Notes: generated by a model not told the origin, from the sequence alone. A DNA stretch of 64,000 bases from Amoebophrya sp. A120 (GCA_905178155.1 CAJINV010000003.1:7522601-7586600); one strand, 5' to 3'. Positions 50,201 to 62,800 are shown, counted from the first letter of the stretch. Numbers and translations are program-made.

Positions 50201-52691
50201 GACGCCTCGCCGCCTCTGGTTCCGGCGATTCCGAATATTCGAGAATATTCGCAAAGCTGGCAAAACCTTCGACAGCCTCCAAGCCCCTGCCTGCCTATTT
50301 TGAAGCGATGACTGCGATCGCCGTGCCGTGCGGATTCGCGACGCCGGCAACCTCTTGCGACCGCCAGCCCGCACGGTGTGGCGCAAAAGAAAAAAACTCG
50401 CCAAAATTTACAAAACTAATTGCGGCCGCCGTGCCGCGCGGATTCGCGAAGCCGGCGACTTCGCCAGAAAGCAAGCCCGCACGCTATGGCGTGAACAAAG
50501 AAAATCCGCCAAAAGTCGCAAAACCGACTGCGGGCGCCGTGCCGTGCGGATTGGCGAAGCCGGCAACTTCTTACGAAGCCCAGCCCGAACGGTATGGCGC
50601 GAAAGGAAAAAACCCGACAAAATTTACAAAATTAATTGCGGCCGCCGTGCCGTGCGGATTCGCGAAGCCGGCAGCTTCGCCAGAAAGCCAGCCCGCACGG
50701 TATGGCGCGAACCAAGAAAATTCGCCAAAAGTCGCAAAACCGACTGCGGGCGCCGTGCCGTGCGGATTGGCGAAGCCGGCAGCCTCTTACGAAGCCCAGC
50801 CCGCACGGTATGGCGCGAAAGAAAAAAAATCGCCAAAATTCACAAAATAAACTGCGGCCGCCTTTCCATGCGGATTTGCGAAGCCGGCAGGTTCGCCAGA
50901 AAGCCAGCCCGCACGCTATGGCGCGAACGGCGAAAATTCGCAAAAAGTCGCAAAGCCGACCGCGGACGCCGTGCCGTGCGGATTGGCGAAACCGGCAACC
51001 CCATACGAAGCCCAGCCTGCACGGTATGGCGCGAAGCAAAAAACTCGCCAAAATTTAAAAAACTGACTGCGACCGCCGTGCCGTGCGGATTCGCGAAGCC
51101 GGCAGCTTCGCCAGAAAGCCAGCCCGCACGCTATGGCGCGAACAAAAAAAAACTGCAAAAAGTCGCAAAACCGACTGCGGGCGCCGTGCCGTGCGGATTG
51201 GCGAAACCGGCAACCCCCTACGAAGCCCAGCCCGCACGGTATGGCGCGAATGGACGAAATTCGTCACAAAAATAAAAAAAGCAGGCGATCACCGTACCGC
51301 CCTGATTCGCGCGGATTGCTGACCTGCCCTGAAGCTAATCCGCATGGTATTGCGGCAATTTATTCTTGTTGTTTTGTTTTGCGTTTATTGTTGACAATAA
51401 AAGTCCCACCGTGATTCGCGCGGGTTGCTGATCTGTCCTGAAGCTAATCCGCATGGTATGGCGGCAATTTTTTTTGTTGTTTTGTTTTGCTTTTATTGTT
51501 GACAATAACAATTCTTATTTAATTATTTTTTTTCTGACCTGTCGGCTTTTTTCTTTGGGATATTGAAGCAACAGTGCGTAGTACGCCGGGCTTCCCCTTC
51601 TTTGGATCGACCAGAAATGCGCCGGTATCGTTGAACACGCCAGACCGGCCTTGAAACTCTTTCACCGCCACGCCCTTGAGCGCCACGATTTTTGGATTCT
51701 TCTCGTCGACATACCCATCCTTGTTCAGCAAAGCCTCGCGCGGGTACTTTTTCGCAGTCTCGCCGAACACAGACACGTCCAGCTCCGTCTCGGTCTCGTC
51801 AACAACGGTAAACTGATACTTCGTGTACTGAACGCCGTTCTTTGTCCAGGTGCGGGTTTCCTCCACCTTGTTGACCACTCCGATCACGTCGATATTGCAG
51901 GGCAAGGGCCGGGTTCGCAGCTCCCGCAGGTTCGAAAAATCAAAGCTCGCAATGGTGCCGATACTGCCGTCATCCTCCACCGCTTCGACGACACTTCCGC
52001 CGTTGAACTGAATCTCATACTCGTGCTTCTGCTGGTTGTACGCTTTGTTCGCTACCTGACCATTCGCTTTTTGGTGCTGGTGTTTCCGCTTGCATTTTCA
52101 CTCTTCCTAATCATCTTTTCGGAAACCGAAACCCTGCCAACACGTGTTGCACGTTAGGATTCGAGAGGTAGCAGGAAGAGGAACAGCTTTCTGTTCCGCA
52201 TGCTTAAGTACGATATCTTGTTTTGAGGCCTCGAAATAGAAATACCACATTAGCTGTACCTTAACGAGGCCTTTGCTAAATTTGAAGACTTTCGGGGGCT
52301 CGACGAAGTTGAACTTTGTGACGGCGTCGTTGAAAAAGGATGCTCGAATCTCACCGCCGTCCTGGTCTATCAAGTCGACACTGAAAACCTGATCAGGAAA
52401 TACAATTCCGACGCGTGTGCATCAGTCACACAAGAAAAGAGAAATCCGATGGAAGATCGCAAGCATCATCATACAAATTGGTTCTCCTTGATTTAGCCAA
52501 GCACAACGAACTAAGTAGATGGATCTGAAGATGCGAAAAAAGTGATATCTTACCTGTCCAGCGTTTTTCTGACCATCAGCTTGTTTCTTGTCCCAGGTTC
52601 GCGTCTGAGATCTCGTTAGCACCCGCGCACATATCGTCCAGTTCTTGTGGTAAGGAGTCACCTCCTCTATGGGGAAGTAGCCGTCGGGCAT
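44294..52691 (-). CDS. RPA1: Replication protein A large subunit, short form without obvious N-terminal domain, 6 exons; intron 3 (45407-51584) is 6178 nt
   Basis: OB folds 'PYHKNWTICARV', 'FSVDLIDQDGGEIRASFF', 'VANKAYNQQKHEYEIQF', 'IDVIGVV', 'IVALKGVAVKEFQGRS'; exon 45296-45406 'DRSKEIEKWWKSGG'; Zn finger 'YEACP..CNKKV..CPTH'; all junctions GT-AG and in frame. Confidence 0.92.
45835..46348. repeat. Left-arm ~108-bp tandem repeat (216-bp dimer), about 4.5-5 units
   Basis: Recurring CGCCATACCGTGCGG / GCCGGCTTCGC.AATCCGCA motifs; inverse of 50309-51275. Confidence 0.85.
46349..50148. repeat. 256-bp tandem satellite, about 15 units, central units apparently identical
   Basis: Identical 100-aa pseudo-ORFs recur every 256 bp (47451, 47707 ... 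49499); CGAATATTCG palindromes in each unit; edge units diverged. Confidence 0.97.
50309..51275. repeat. Right-arm ~108-bp tandem repeat (216-bp dimer), about 9 units
   Basis: GCCGTGCCGTGCGGATT.GCGAAGCCGGCA...CCCGCACGGTATGGCGCGAA recurring about every 108 bp. Confidence 0.9.
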
Positions 52692-53892
52692 TTTCAACTA
52701 TCTACGGGAAGAGAGTTAGTTACAAGATAAAAGGCATAGCAAGAGCTACAACATAAAAGGCATGGGAAGGTTGTCTTTCCGGTTCGCAATCCAAAAATAT
52801 CCACCACTTTTTTCTCTTTCCTATGTTCAAAAACCGCTTGCGACTTCGAAGGTGCTGCAGTTCAATACTTTACATTTTCGTTGCCTTTTGTCCATTCTTT
52901 GCCGTTTGAAGTGCACTCTTTGCTACATTCACGATTGGTTTCAACTGTCACACACTCGCTGCGAAGAAAGTGCTTCTTCATCGCGTATCAACATTTCGAA
53001 ACATTTAATATTTTTTCTATCTTTATGTATGTGCACGACGATCACGCCCAGCTTTTGCTGGAGCCAGCGCATCTCAGAAAAAAAACTGAGATTTTTGTCA
53101 GCATCAACACAGCATGTCCAGTGGTCACCTCCACGAACTTCACACAACGCATTGTTTGTCACACAAGGGCGACGTCACATAAGTTTTTACAATCGATCTA
53201 CGTACTTCCAGAAACGAAGCGAAAGCAAAAGCTGTCTTGTCTGCATTGGTTGTCAACAAGGTACAGGTGCTAGTTCATTCATTGTACAGCAGAGTTCATT
53301 TTGCCTCGCCAAGAGAAACGCGCTCGTCGCCCTGGATGACCGACGACGACACGTACGATGATATTAATTTTCCTTTGTCATGCCAATGATGCACATCTGC
53401 ACCGCTGATGTATTAAGAAGAAGTTAAGTACCGCTCAAAACCGCAAAGTTCTGTTTATAGTCAAACTTGGCAAATTCAGAACCAAAAAACTGTTCTACTA
53501 CACACCTCGTGCTGCAGCGCTATCGTGCAAGCCCACACTGAGGCTGGCCTCGTGCATTGTTTTTTGCTCCTATCGTGAAAATCGAGCACGAGCATCTATC
53601 ATGAAACAAACGCTACAGACACCACAGCACGCGCCGATGAGATCGATGAAACATAGTTGTTGCTAAGAAATGGTGTAGTTGCTGGTTTCTTCATTTCGAT
53701 TACAGATTCCTTCCGTGGCACGAGTACGGCCTTTGCCATGATGCTACTGTTAGTGTTTCTGTTTGTACGCGAATAATAGAAAATAGTGTTTGATGCGTTG
53801 CTGCTTGAAATAATCCAAGCTTGCATTTATGACGATCATTTGTATTTCATTCATTGTACAAACCGCACTCGCGGCGGCCCTGCGGATTTTTG

Positions 53893-56800
53893 TCACATCA
53901 GGATGATGTTCCTCACACGATCAGAATCCGCGTCGTTGCTCGAGGCTGACGTGGGCGGAGCGGCTTTTCGTATCTTGCTCAACTGCTCCGCCTCCAGCGG
54001 CGACAGAATCTGCCCGGCATGCACCGTAGTGGCAAATAGCGATGGCGGGGGCGGCAAATTGTTTAAGCTGCGCGTGCTACTCTCCATCAGACTGTCGCCA
54101 CCGTGCAGACGCGATGTGGTACCTAGGGATATGAAGATGATCAAGTAGTGTTTATGGGGCGTCTTTGCCGCGTATGCGTGGTAAATGCGACCAGCGTAAT
54201 AAGTAAATTCATATACCAAATATAGCCGCCGGGGCGGGGGTAGTGAGGTCGTGGGCGTTTTTTTTTCCGACCGCCGCCATGGCCGCGGCTTTGCTTTTTC
54301 TGGGCTCGCCATACCGCCGTGAGTAACGTTATGCCGCACGGTATGGCGGTCACTTGAGAAACATCACAAATTTTGGCACATTTCCAAAATTCCTTTCCGA
54401 AAGCGAGCCTTTATGCTATGGGGCCGATCCGGGCGCCACGGGGGGCGCCCAAAAAGCGAAGAAAAATCGGGCCCGTAGCATGCGGGTTGGCTTTGCGCGT
54501 CTGGCGCGCTTTTTCTCTTTTGCGTTTTTATTTTTCACGCCGGCGCTTTTTGCAAAGCTCCCCAGGCTCTGAAGCCGGCGAAAAGGCGGCCGCTTTCGCG
54601 GCCGCCCAAAATGCTTCGAAATCGCGGCCGTGCCATGCTGTTTCGCTGTTCTGATTTTGGGCGCGTTTTTTGCGCGCCTCTTTTTGGGCGCCCCAAATCG
54701 CCAGAAACTAAGGCGGTGGGCTCCGCAGAAGGGCGCCCCTTTTGCCGGCTCCCCTGCGTCGTTTTATCAAGTGCGAATCGATAGTTTTCGCTTGATAATT
54801 GAAATTTTTTTATGTCAAAAAACGCTTTCGGCCGCTTGAAAACTGCCGGTCGTTTTGCTGGCTGGGTGTCAAAAAAACTCCCCGGTTAGAGCCGTTCGGT
54901 GACCTCACTACATATTATCGTTTACGGGCACGCACCAGCGTCCTATACCTATTCATACATAAGAGTAAAGATAGTGCCTCGCTCTCGCTCATCAATTTGT
55001 TCTGCATTTCGGGTACAGCTATACTTCCGCATCGGCACATAAGTAAGCCCATAACGAGTCCAATCGTCCAACTGTCACATCATAACCATAAGTACACTCA
55101 CAGCAGAGCATAAACATCCTGATCCTCGCGGCTCGAATCACATTCACAAAACACATACTAGCTCTAGCCGACACATGATTAGAAATGATAATGAATCGCG
55201 AGAGGGCGAGACTGCATCAAGCGTATTACGTCGAAATGAAACAAAGACCAGTATTAAAAAAATACTCATGTAGGAGCTCATGTGTGATCGTGACTGCTTC
55301 GTCGGACTGAGTGAGGTGCTCGTGTCATAACTGTTCGGGGGCCATGCCTGCTTTTTCGCGGGTCTGGTACCGCGCTGCCGGTTATTGCGCGCTGCTGCTC
55401 CTGCCTGCTGCTTCAGAACGCCGTGAACCGCCGGCATGCTGCCATGCTGAAACTGACTGCTTGTCGACGGGCCCGCCGCCAGCTCTGTTCCCGGGTGGAA
55501 CTCGGCATTGTAGCTTCCCGCAGGGCCTCCCGCACCTGTACTAGCTCCCCCCGACGGCCCCGCGGCGCCCGACACCATAGTTCCTGTAGTGCTGCTGGCG
55601 CCGGACTTGTTGTGCGTGCCGTCAATGAAATCTCGGTCCTTCTGCTTCGCGCGATGAAAGTTGTTGCTGCTGGAGGACAACGACGCCGAGTGTGCCTTTT
55701 TGCGATCGTAGTTCGGAAAAAGGTCGTACAGATCTGCGGCGTGCCGATGGTACGTCGGCTCATCGACTCCGGGAAGGACTTTCTTGTTGCGCGGGTGCTC
55801 AATACTGCTCTCCGCAACGGACGAAAACATCAGACTGTCGAAATGATCACTGCCCGACGTCGTGGCCAGGTACTGCTGCTGGGACTGCGACTGCGCTCCC
55901 GGGGGGTGAGTCGTGGACGGTATGGCCCCCGCTGTGGATGCCATAGACGTAGTGTTCCATGATTGCTGTGTGGTGTTCTTGGAGCTTGTCGTCGGCGAAC
56001 TGTTTCGCGTCGGGTGCGCCGGGAGCTGCGTCGATTGACTTAAGTGCTGTTGGTTGATGTTCTGGTGGTGCAGAAAAGAGATCTGGCTCGAGGAAGACGA
56101 GCCCCCCGCCGCACCGCCGCCGCCGATCGCCAGCATGTTGGGGCCGATCATGTTGACGCGCTTGCCGCGGTCGGGGCTCCGAGACATCGCGGCGTGCGCG
56201 TGGACCGCTAGGATGTGCATGATCACGCTCAAGTCCTTGGTGCGCACGTCGCAGAACGAGCCCATGCGGTCACAAAGCGTCCGCCACTCCTCCAGTTTTG
56301 CGACGTTGAACCGGGTGCGGAACCCGAGCCAAACTTCCAGTCCCTGTCGCAGCGTCCGGCCCGGCCACTCGAGCAGCTTCTCGAGCTTCGGCAAAAACCG
56401 CACGTCGTCTACTTTCTTCATGAACTTGGTCCAGTTCGCCAGCTGCTCCAAATTTTCCCCCTGAAAGACCTGAATCTGCATGTACTCCCGCAGGGACACC
56501 AGAAACGTTTTCAGCAAATCCAGTTCCTCCAGCGGAATGCGCTTCTCCGTGTCGTCGTCACTTTCGTCATCTTCGATCACCGGGTTTATTGCGGAGTTTG
56601 GATCGACTAGCGCGACGGTGGAGGAGGTCGCGCCTAGTAGGCGCGCCGTGCTCGTGGTGCTCTCCTCCAGCAGCTGCTGGCTGCTATGGGGCGAATTGAT
56701 GGTGGCCACGCCCGAAGTGCTGCGGCTTTGCTGCTCCCAGGGCTGCCGACTGTTAAAGAAGACTGACCGCCAGAAGTCAACGAGCGCGAACACTGTTTGC

Positions 56801-59800
56801 TCGTCTCGCGCGTCGTAGTAGGTCAAATTGAGCCCCCGACACACGATCCTGCCGGCCTCGAGCGCGAATTTTTCGTTCAATTTCTGCGTGCCACCCTCGG
56901 ACTTGGAGCCGTCCCCGCCGGACGTCAGGCTGGAGGTGTTCTGGCTACCGGACCCGCCACCAAATCCGTCCGCACCCCCTATCCGCGACGACTCCAGCTT
57001 GGCGACCGCTTTCTCAATACTCCCCACTTCCTCGCACGCGTGCACGAGCCGCACCAGCTGTCCGCGGTGCTTTTCATCGTCGAGCACTTGTGCGAACATG
57101 GGCGACGCCCGGAGCAGCGACATGGAAAACAGCTGCGTTTGCACTTTTGTGAGATCCACGCCACGGACAAGCCACAGAAATACGTCCAGGCCCCCGTTCT
57201 CGAGAAGTACTTTCAAGAAAGCCTTCAGCGGCGAAAACTTGTAGAACGCCTTTGCGCCAAGAGTACGGTGGGCCTCCGTGGAGAGTGCCGCAATGTCCTC
57301 TGCGTCTCGCGGTGGGAGCAGAGTCTTTCCCGAGGACATGACCGCCACCTCGCTGGCGAAGGGGGGCGGCTTCACGTCGGGCGCGAGGGAACCAAACTTT
57401 TCGTAAAACTTCTTTTCTGTCTTCGTCTGATTGGCTTTCTGGGGCACGGTGATGTCCTTCGCCTGGCCGCCGGTACCGGTGGCATCGTCCGCAGAGGAAA
57501 TCACCTGGGCCATTTTCAACGCATCGACGGCCAGCAGGAACTCCGTCATGTCGCAACCTTCCACGCACTTCAGAAAGAACGCGGCGCCGCGAAACTGCTT
57601 CACCTTTTTTATCAGCTTGAACCAGTCTCGCCACGTGTCGTCAGCGAGAGTGTCCGCGTCGAACCCGGGCGGGAGCTCCCCTAGGGGCTGGTTCAATTTC
57701 GTCGGTGACGGGGTGGACCACAAAGGACTGCGGTTTCGGTTGGCCCGGGTCTTCGTCGGCGTCGTCTCGCCGACGTCCTCCCACGCCTCGCGGCCAAACA
57801 TGGTTGCCACACTCCCCGGCGGCAATTCCTGTTCCGCCTCGCGCGACTTCGCGCGCCAAGCTGCGGTCATGCTCGCAGCCTCGTCGCGGCCCGGGGACGC
57901 CGACAACTGCCGGTCCAACCGACTCCGCACGGGCGAATACTCCCGCCGTGAATCGCCCAAGAGAGTCTCGTGGTTTTCCGGCACATTACACGCATACTTG
58001 AAGTTCCGTTTTCCCACAATACCGCACTGATGCAGAATCGTCAAACAGTTCTTGAAGTTCTCGGACCGGCCCTGAAAGGCGTTATGCAGGTCCCCGATAT
58101 GCTTGTGGTAGAAGCCAAAGTGCAGATCTGACAGCTCTCGCAAGTTGCCGCAGGTGGTCTGCAACAAGATTTCTTCGGACACGGAAAACATGTTCTGCCA
58201 GTGCACCGGATGCACCCTCTGGATCCAGCCGGCCATCTTGGTAAAACTGCCGATGGCGCTATCGTCGCCTGCTATGGCTCTCATGCAGGCGGGAAAGGCG
58301 TTGCGATCCTCCGCCGTCTTCGGCATGTGATCGCGGGCCCGCATCAGGGGCTGCGTCAGTTCGAAGATTTCCAAACTTTCATCGGCTCCGCCGCATTCTC
58401 CCATGATGGTCAGGACTCGGGCGAGCTTTTCCAAGTTACACTCACTTGACTTCATCAGGTTCATCAGGGTCCTCACTGCGCCCTCCTTCTCGGCCGGCCA
58501 GGCTCCCCGGCTGCACAAGAATGTCTCTCCGTCCTGATCCTCCAGGTCTTCCAGACTCGCAGCACTACTACCACCGACACTAGCAACCTCGCCGAGTCGC
58601 TTCCGGGTCGTCCCCTTGCTGCTGCTCTGGTCCAGCGTGTTGATCCCCTGTTCTGCCCTCTCGCGCGCAATTTTCATGCTTTCCAATATACCGCTGCTCT
58701 GAAACTGCCGCCGCTTCAACTCGTTGCTAGTGCGGCCAGCCGCAGGCACCTGCTTCAGCGTCATCAGCTCTCCGTTTTTGCCGTGCTCCCAGCGCACAAG
58801 GTCTTCGATCAGGTCTGTGAGTGCGGGCAAATCCTGGGCCCGCGGCGCCAGGTGCTGCATCAGTGTGCAGAGCTCCACAAAATCAAAGCTCTTGTAACCC
58901 TTGCGGTCGCGCTGTTGCAGAATTTCCATACCGACGATGATGTTGCCAGACCCGCCGAAGAAGTCGGTCACGCAGCGCACGAAGTGCGGGAACTCCTGTC
59001 CCCGTCTCAGCCGCATCTTCAGCGAGCCCAGGTCCTTCGTCATTGCCATCATCTTGTCGTACCCACCTAGCTGGTTGATGATTACGGAGAGGGACTCCAG
59101 CTGCTTGGGCTCGAACGCTTGCAGGAGCGACACAAACACGGTGAGCAGGAACCCGATCTGCGGCAACTCGTCGACAAGATCCTTTGCACTGCGCGTAAAC
59201 TTGTTTAGCGTAGTCGTGCTCACCGTCTGGACGAGAAACAGTGCCTCCGCGAGTTCAGTTACGCTGGGCGACTGCTGCGCGTCGCTGTCCTTCCAGATAC
59301 GCTCTACAGCCCATGCGTAGTCCAGCACGCGATCCAGCTTCGCAAAATCGTCTAGGAGGTAATTGAGCATGTCTAGCACTTTGTCGAATCTGTTCGCGTA
59401 GGACACCTCAAACCTCGTTGATTCCTTGCCTCCAGCTCCCGCCTCGCCCGCATCGTCACCGGCTGGGGGAGGTTCTTCGGTCTTCGGCGGTGCGGTGCTG
59501 TCTTCCGCAAACAAGCCTAGATCCTCGATCAGCTCCGCCGTTAAAACCGTTGGTAAAGGTTCCTCTTCCTCTTGTTTCTGCTGCTGTCCTCCTCGCCCGC
59601 GCCCGCGAGCTTTTTGCCCGCTCGAGCTCGAAGACGAGGGCCGGCCCGCGGAGGACGGGCGCGCACCTCCGCCAATGCCGGTGGGCGCGCTGGGCGGTGC
59701 GTGCTTCTTTGCCTCCTCTTCCTGTTCTCGTGCGGTTTTCTCGGCTTCTTTCTGCTTTCGCTTCTTTTCCGCGTTTATCTCACCCTGTTTTTCCATTGTT

Positions 59801-62800
59801 GTGCGTATCTTCGCAACCTGTCTTGGCTCCGCATCACACGCACTCAGCTTCTGCAAGACCGTAAACGCAGATACACCCTCCTCCCCGGCAAGCAACGACA
59901 CGAAGTCTTCCCCGCGGACCAGCTGTAGTAGATTTATTTGTACTTACATGACGAGCTGCAATTGCAAACCGTGCTCAGCAACAACGACCCAGCTACTACA
60001 CAGTCAGGGTCAGCAGCTATTAACTTCATTTGTATCATTTGCGAAAAAAACGAGACACGTCGTTCCTTACACAAACTCGCAACTACATTCCTCATCAACA
60101 TCAAGGGCAATGGTCTTACCGCAGCCGGAGTCTCTGGGGGAAAGTACTTGTTTGCGACCACCTTGGCGCTTTTAAGCATCCTCAAGGCGCGCTCGCAGTC
60201 CAGGAAATTTCCAAATCCCGGCAAGACCTCCGTCACGAGCGCGTCGATTTCCTTCGCGCCAACCTTACTAAGCACAGTGTACATGGTGGCCAGCTTGTCC
60301 GCGTCCGGGTGGCCGCTGCGAAAGCTCTTGTGGTCCACGAGCTCTAGACTCCACTTCCACTTGCTCCCAAACCGGCCCAGCTCGTCCGCGAACTCGTTCC
60401 ACTTTTTATCCCCGGGCTTGTACTTCTGCAGGTTCTTCAGGATCACCTCGACATCCGCCTTCTTGACGAAGCCGAACTTCTCGTACACGGTTTGCCACAG
60501 GTCCTCCGCCTCCTTTTTCTTGGTCTCGATGGCCTTCAGCTTCTCGTCCGTCATGTTGTCGTCTAGCTGTTCGTGAATGTTGTCCGGAATGTCCTGGTAC
60601 TTGGCCAGCAACTGGAAGAACTTGCGCGTGTTGCCGATCAGCTTCACTAGCTCCTGCATCCGCTGCGCGGCGTCCATGTTGCCGGGACCGCCGGGGCCAA
60701 CACCTCCAACTCCCGCGAGGCCTCCCCCAACGGACCCCGAGCCGTACCCCTCGGGACCGCCCATACCGCCACCCCCCACTACCACTACTACTTCCTTCCC
60801 GTCGATGATCTGCGTCTGTGTGATGACCTGACTGCCGCCGCCGGCCACACCTCCACCTGCGTATGTTTTCCTAGACAAAGAATGAAGATGAAAGAACAGG
60901 AACAACACGAAACAAATTAATTTCCCATAAGTAATTCAAGACGCACCTCAGGGTTCCCAGCAGAACCAGCAGCGGTGGCCGCTGAACGAGATCGAGCTAC
61001 TTTGCATTGTGCCTTTGCCTCACGGTCACGTGATTGCAGAAATGAAAGAAACTAAATGTACCAGCGCCGCCTGCCGCACCTCCGTGACTCCCCACACTTG
61101 CTGCCGGCACTGACTGCTTTCGCGTGACAGGCTTCCCAGTTTTCGGGTCAGCCGTATCCCATAGGAAAAAGGTAGCACCCCAGCATATCGATTTGCGATG
61201 CAAAAGTACGTATCCAAAAAATCTTTCTTGCGAGGCCTTCTCGCCCGTGCGTGTGTCACATGAATGTTGATACAGTTACAGGTACAACTTCGCTTTGCAT
61301 TACCTCCTGCTCTCCAAATATGCTATTTGGCCGCTAGCTGTTTTATTTGTGATAGACCGCCGGTTTTCCAGTTTTCGGATCCATGACGGGCACCTCAACT
61401 TCCACCACACCCCCTGCGGCCGCCCCGGCGGCGCCCCCTCGGCTTCCCGCCCCGCCTGAGACGGACCCGCGCGCGCCCGCCGGGCCGCCTCCACCAGAAG
61501 CTCCGCCGCCTCCACCTGCTCCGAAGCCCGATACAGAACCGCGCCCCCCGCTTGCGGCCGCCTGCTGAACCGCCTCCGCCGGATCCACCTGCTGCGTCAT
61601 CATCTTCGGCTTTCCCGTGACGGGATCCACTACCGGCTGGCCCGTGGCGGGATCGATTACCGGCACTTCCATAGTGACAACCTGCTTCTTTTCCGTGAGG
61701 GGTTTGCCATCGGCCCCCACCATTGGCTTTCCGGTCTTTGGATCCAGTATCGGAACCTCGACGGTCTCCATTTTCCCCCCAAGTTCGGCGGCCGCCTGCT
61801 TCGCGGCCTGGGCCGCCTGCTCCGACGGCGGGGCCTGCAGCTGAGTCTTCGGTTTCCCCGTCTTCGGATCAATCACAGGTTTGCCCGTGACCGGGTCCAC
61901 CACGGGCACTTCCACCTGCACCACGGGCAGGCCATCCTCGCCCACCAACGGCTTGCCGTCGGCACCTAAAACTGGTGTGGTCTTCTTCGTCTCCATTACG
62001 GGGTTCCCGTTCTCGTCCAGGACCGGATTACCGTTCTCGTCCACCATCGGCATACTGACAACCATTACCTGTGGGACAGTAGCGAAAGCAAAGCATTTTT
62101 GTGCTAAGAAGTTTTTAGTACGACACTCTACTCTATGATGTTACTTCGGGCAGTTCAGACAAATCGTTCGAATAAAAAATACGTGCGGGAGCACCAGGCC
62201 GGGCAGACTCGTGGCGCTGCAACTTTTTGGGTTCACAAAGACCGCACGCAGTGCGGAAAGAGGCTGTGCCTGGGTTTGCCATCTACTCGAACTTGGGAAA
62301 AACGCGAATACCCGCCTGCCTCAGAGCCGCAAAAAGTAGCTCATGATCAAGTGTACTTCTAGTAGTTTGTTCCTTATGTACTTACTTACTATACCGGGTT
62401 TCCGTTTTCGTCGACGACAGGGTTTCCGTTCTCGTCGAGCATGGGCGCGGGTGGCTTGGATGCTGCTTCGGCTTTTGCAGCCTCCAGCTTCTGGCGTGCT
62501 TCTTCCTCTTCGACACGTTTCTGCTCCGCCACGCCGGCTTCGTAAAACTGCTTCAGGCGGCAGATGGGGTTGAGAACGTCGTCCAGGGTAAAGCTGGCAG
62601 CCACGAACTCGTCGGTCCACTCTCCCGTACCGTACTGGTTGCTACCCCGCAAGCGGCCCGTGATACGGAGCGGCATCTCCCGTAGCTCGCGACTGGGCGC
62701 GAAGGCCTGCAAAGCCCCGGTCTCCCAGGCTTTCTCAATCACAGACTCGAGGGATATCGTGGAGGACACGCGCCCTGGCGCGCTCGGACTCTCGTACACT

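Larger units (their letters stand above)
45540..51562. mobile_element. Giant (6023 bp) non-coding foldback-type element with modular TIRs and internal satellites; 5-bp TSD TTGAA
   Basis: Left end (C)ATCCCAAAGAAAAAAGCCGACAGG is the inverse of right end CCTGTCGGCTTTTTTCTTTGGGATA; TTGAA at 45535-45539 and 51563-51567; mirrored arms of about 0.8 and 1.25 kb. Confidence 0.9.

Noticed and set aside
50308-51414. Repetitive Arg/Lys/Ala-rich ORFs (up to 315 aa) as a transposase or protein
   Set aside because: The 108/216-bp period is a multiple of 3 and keeps frames open; no catalytic motifs.
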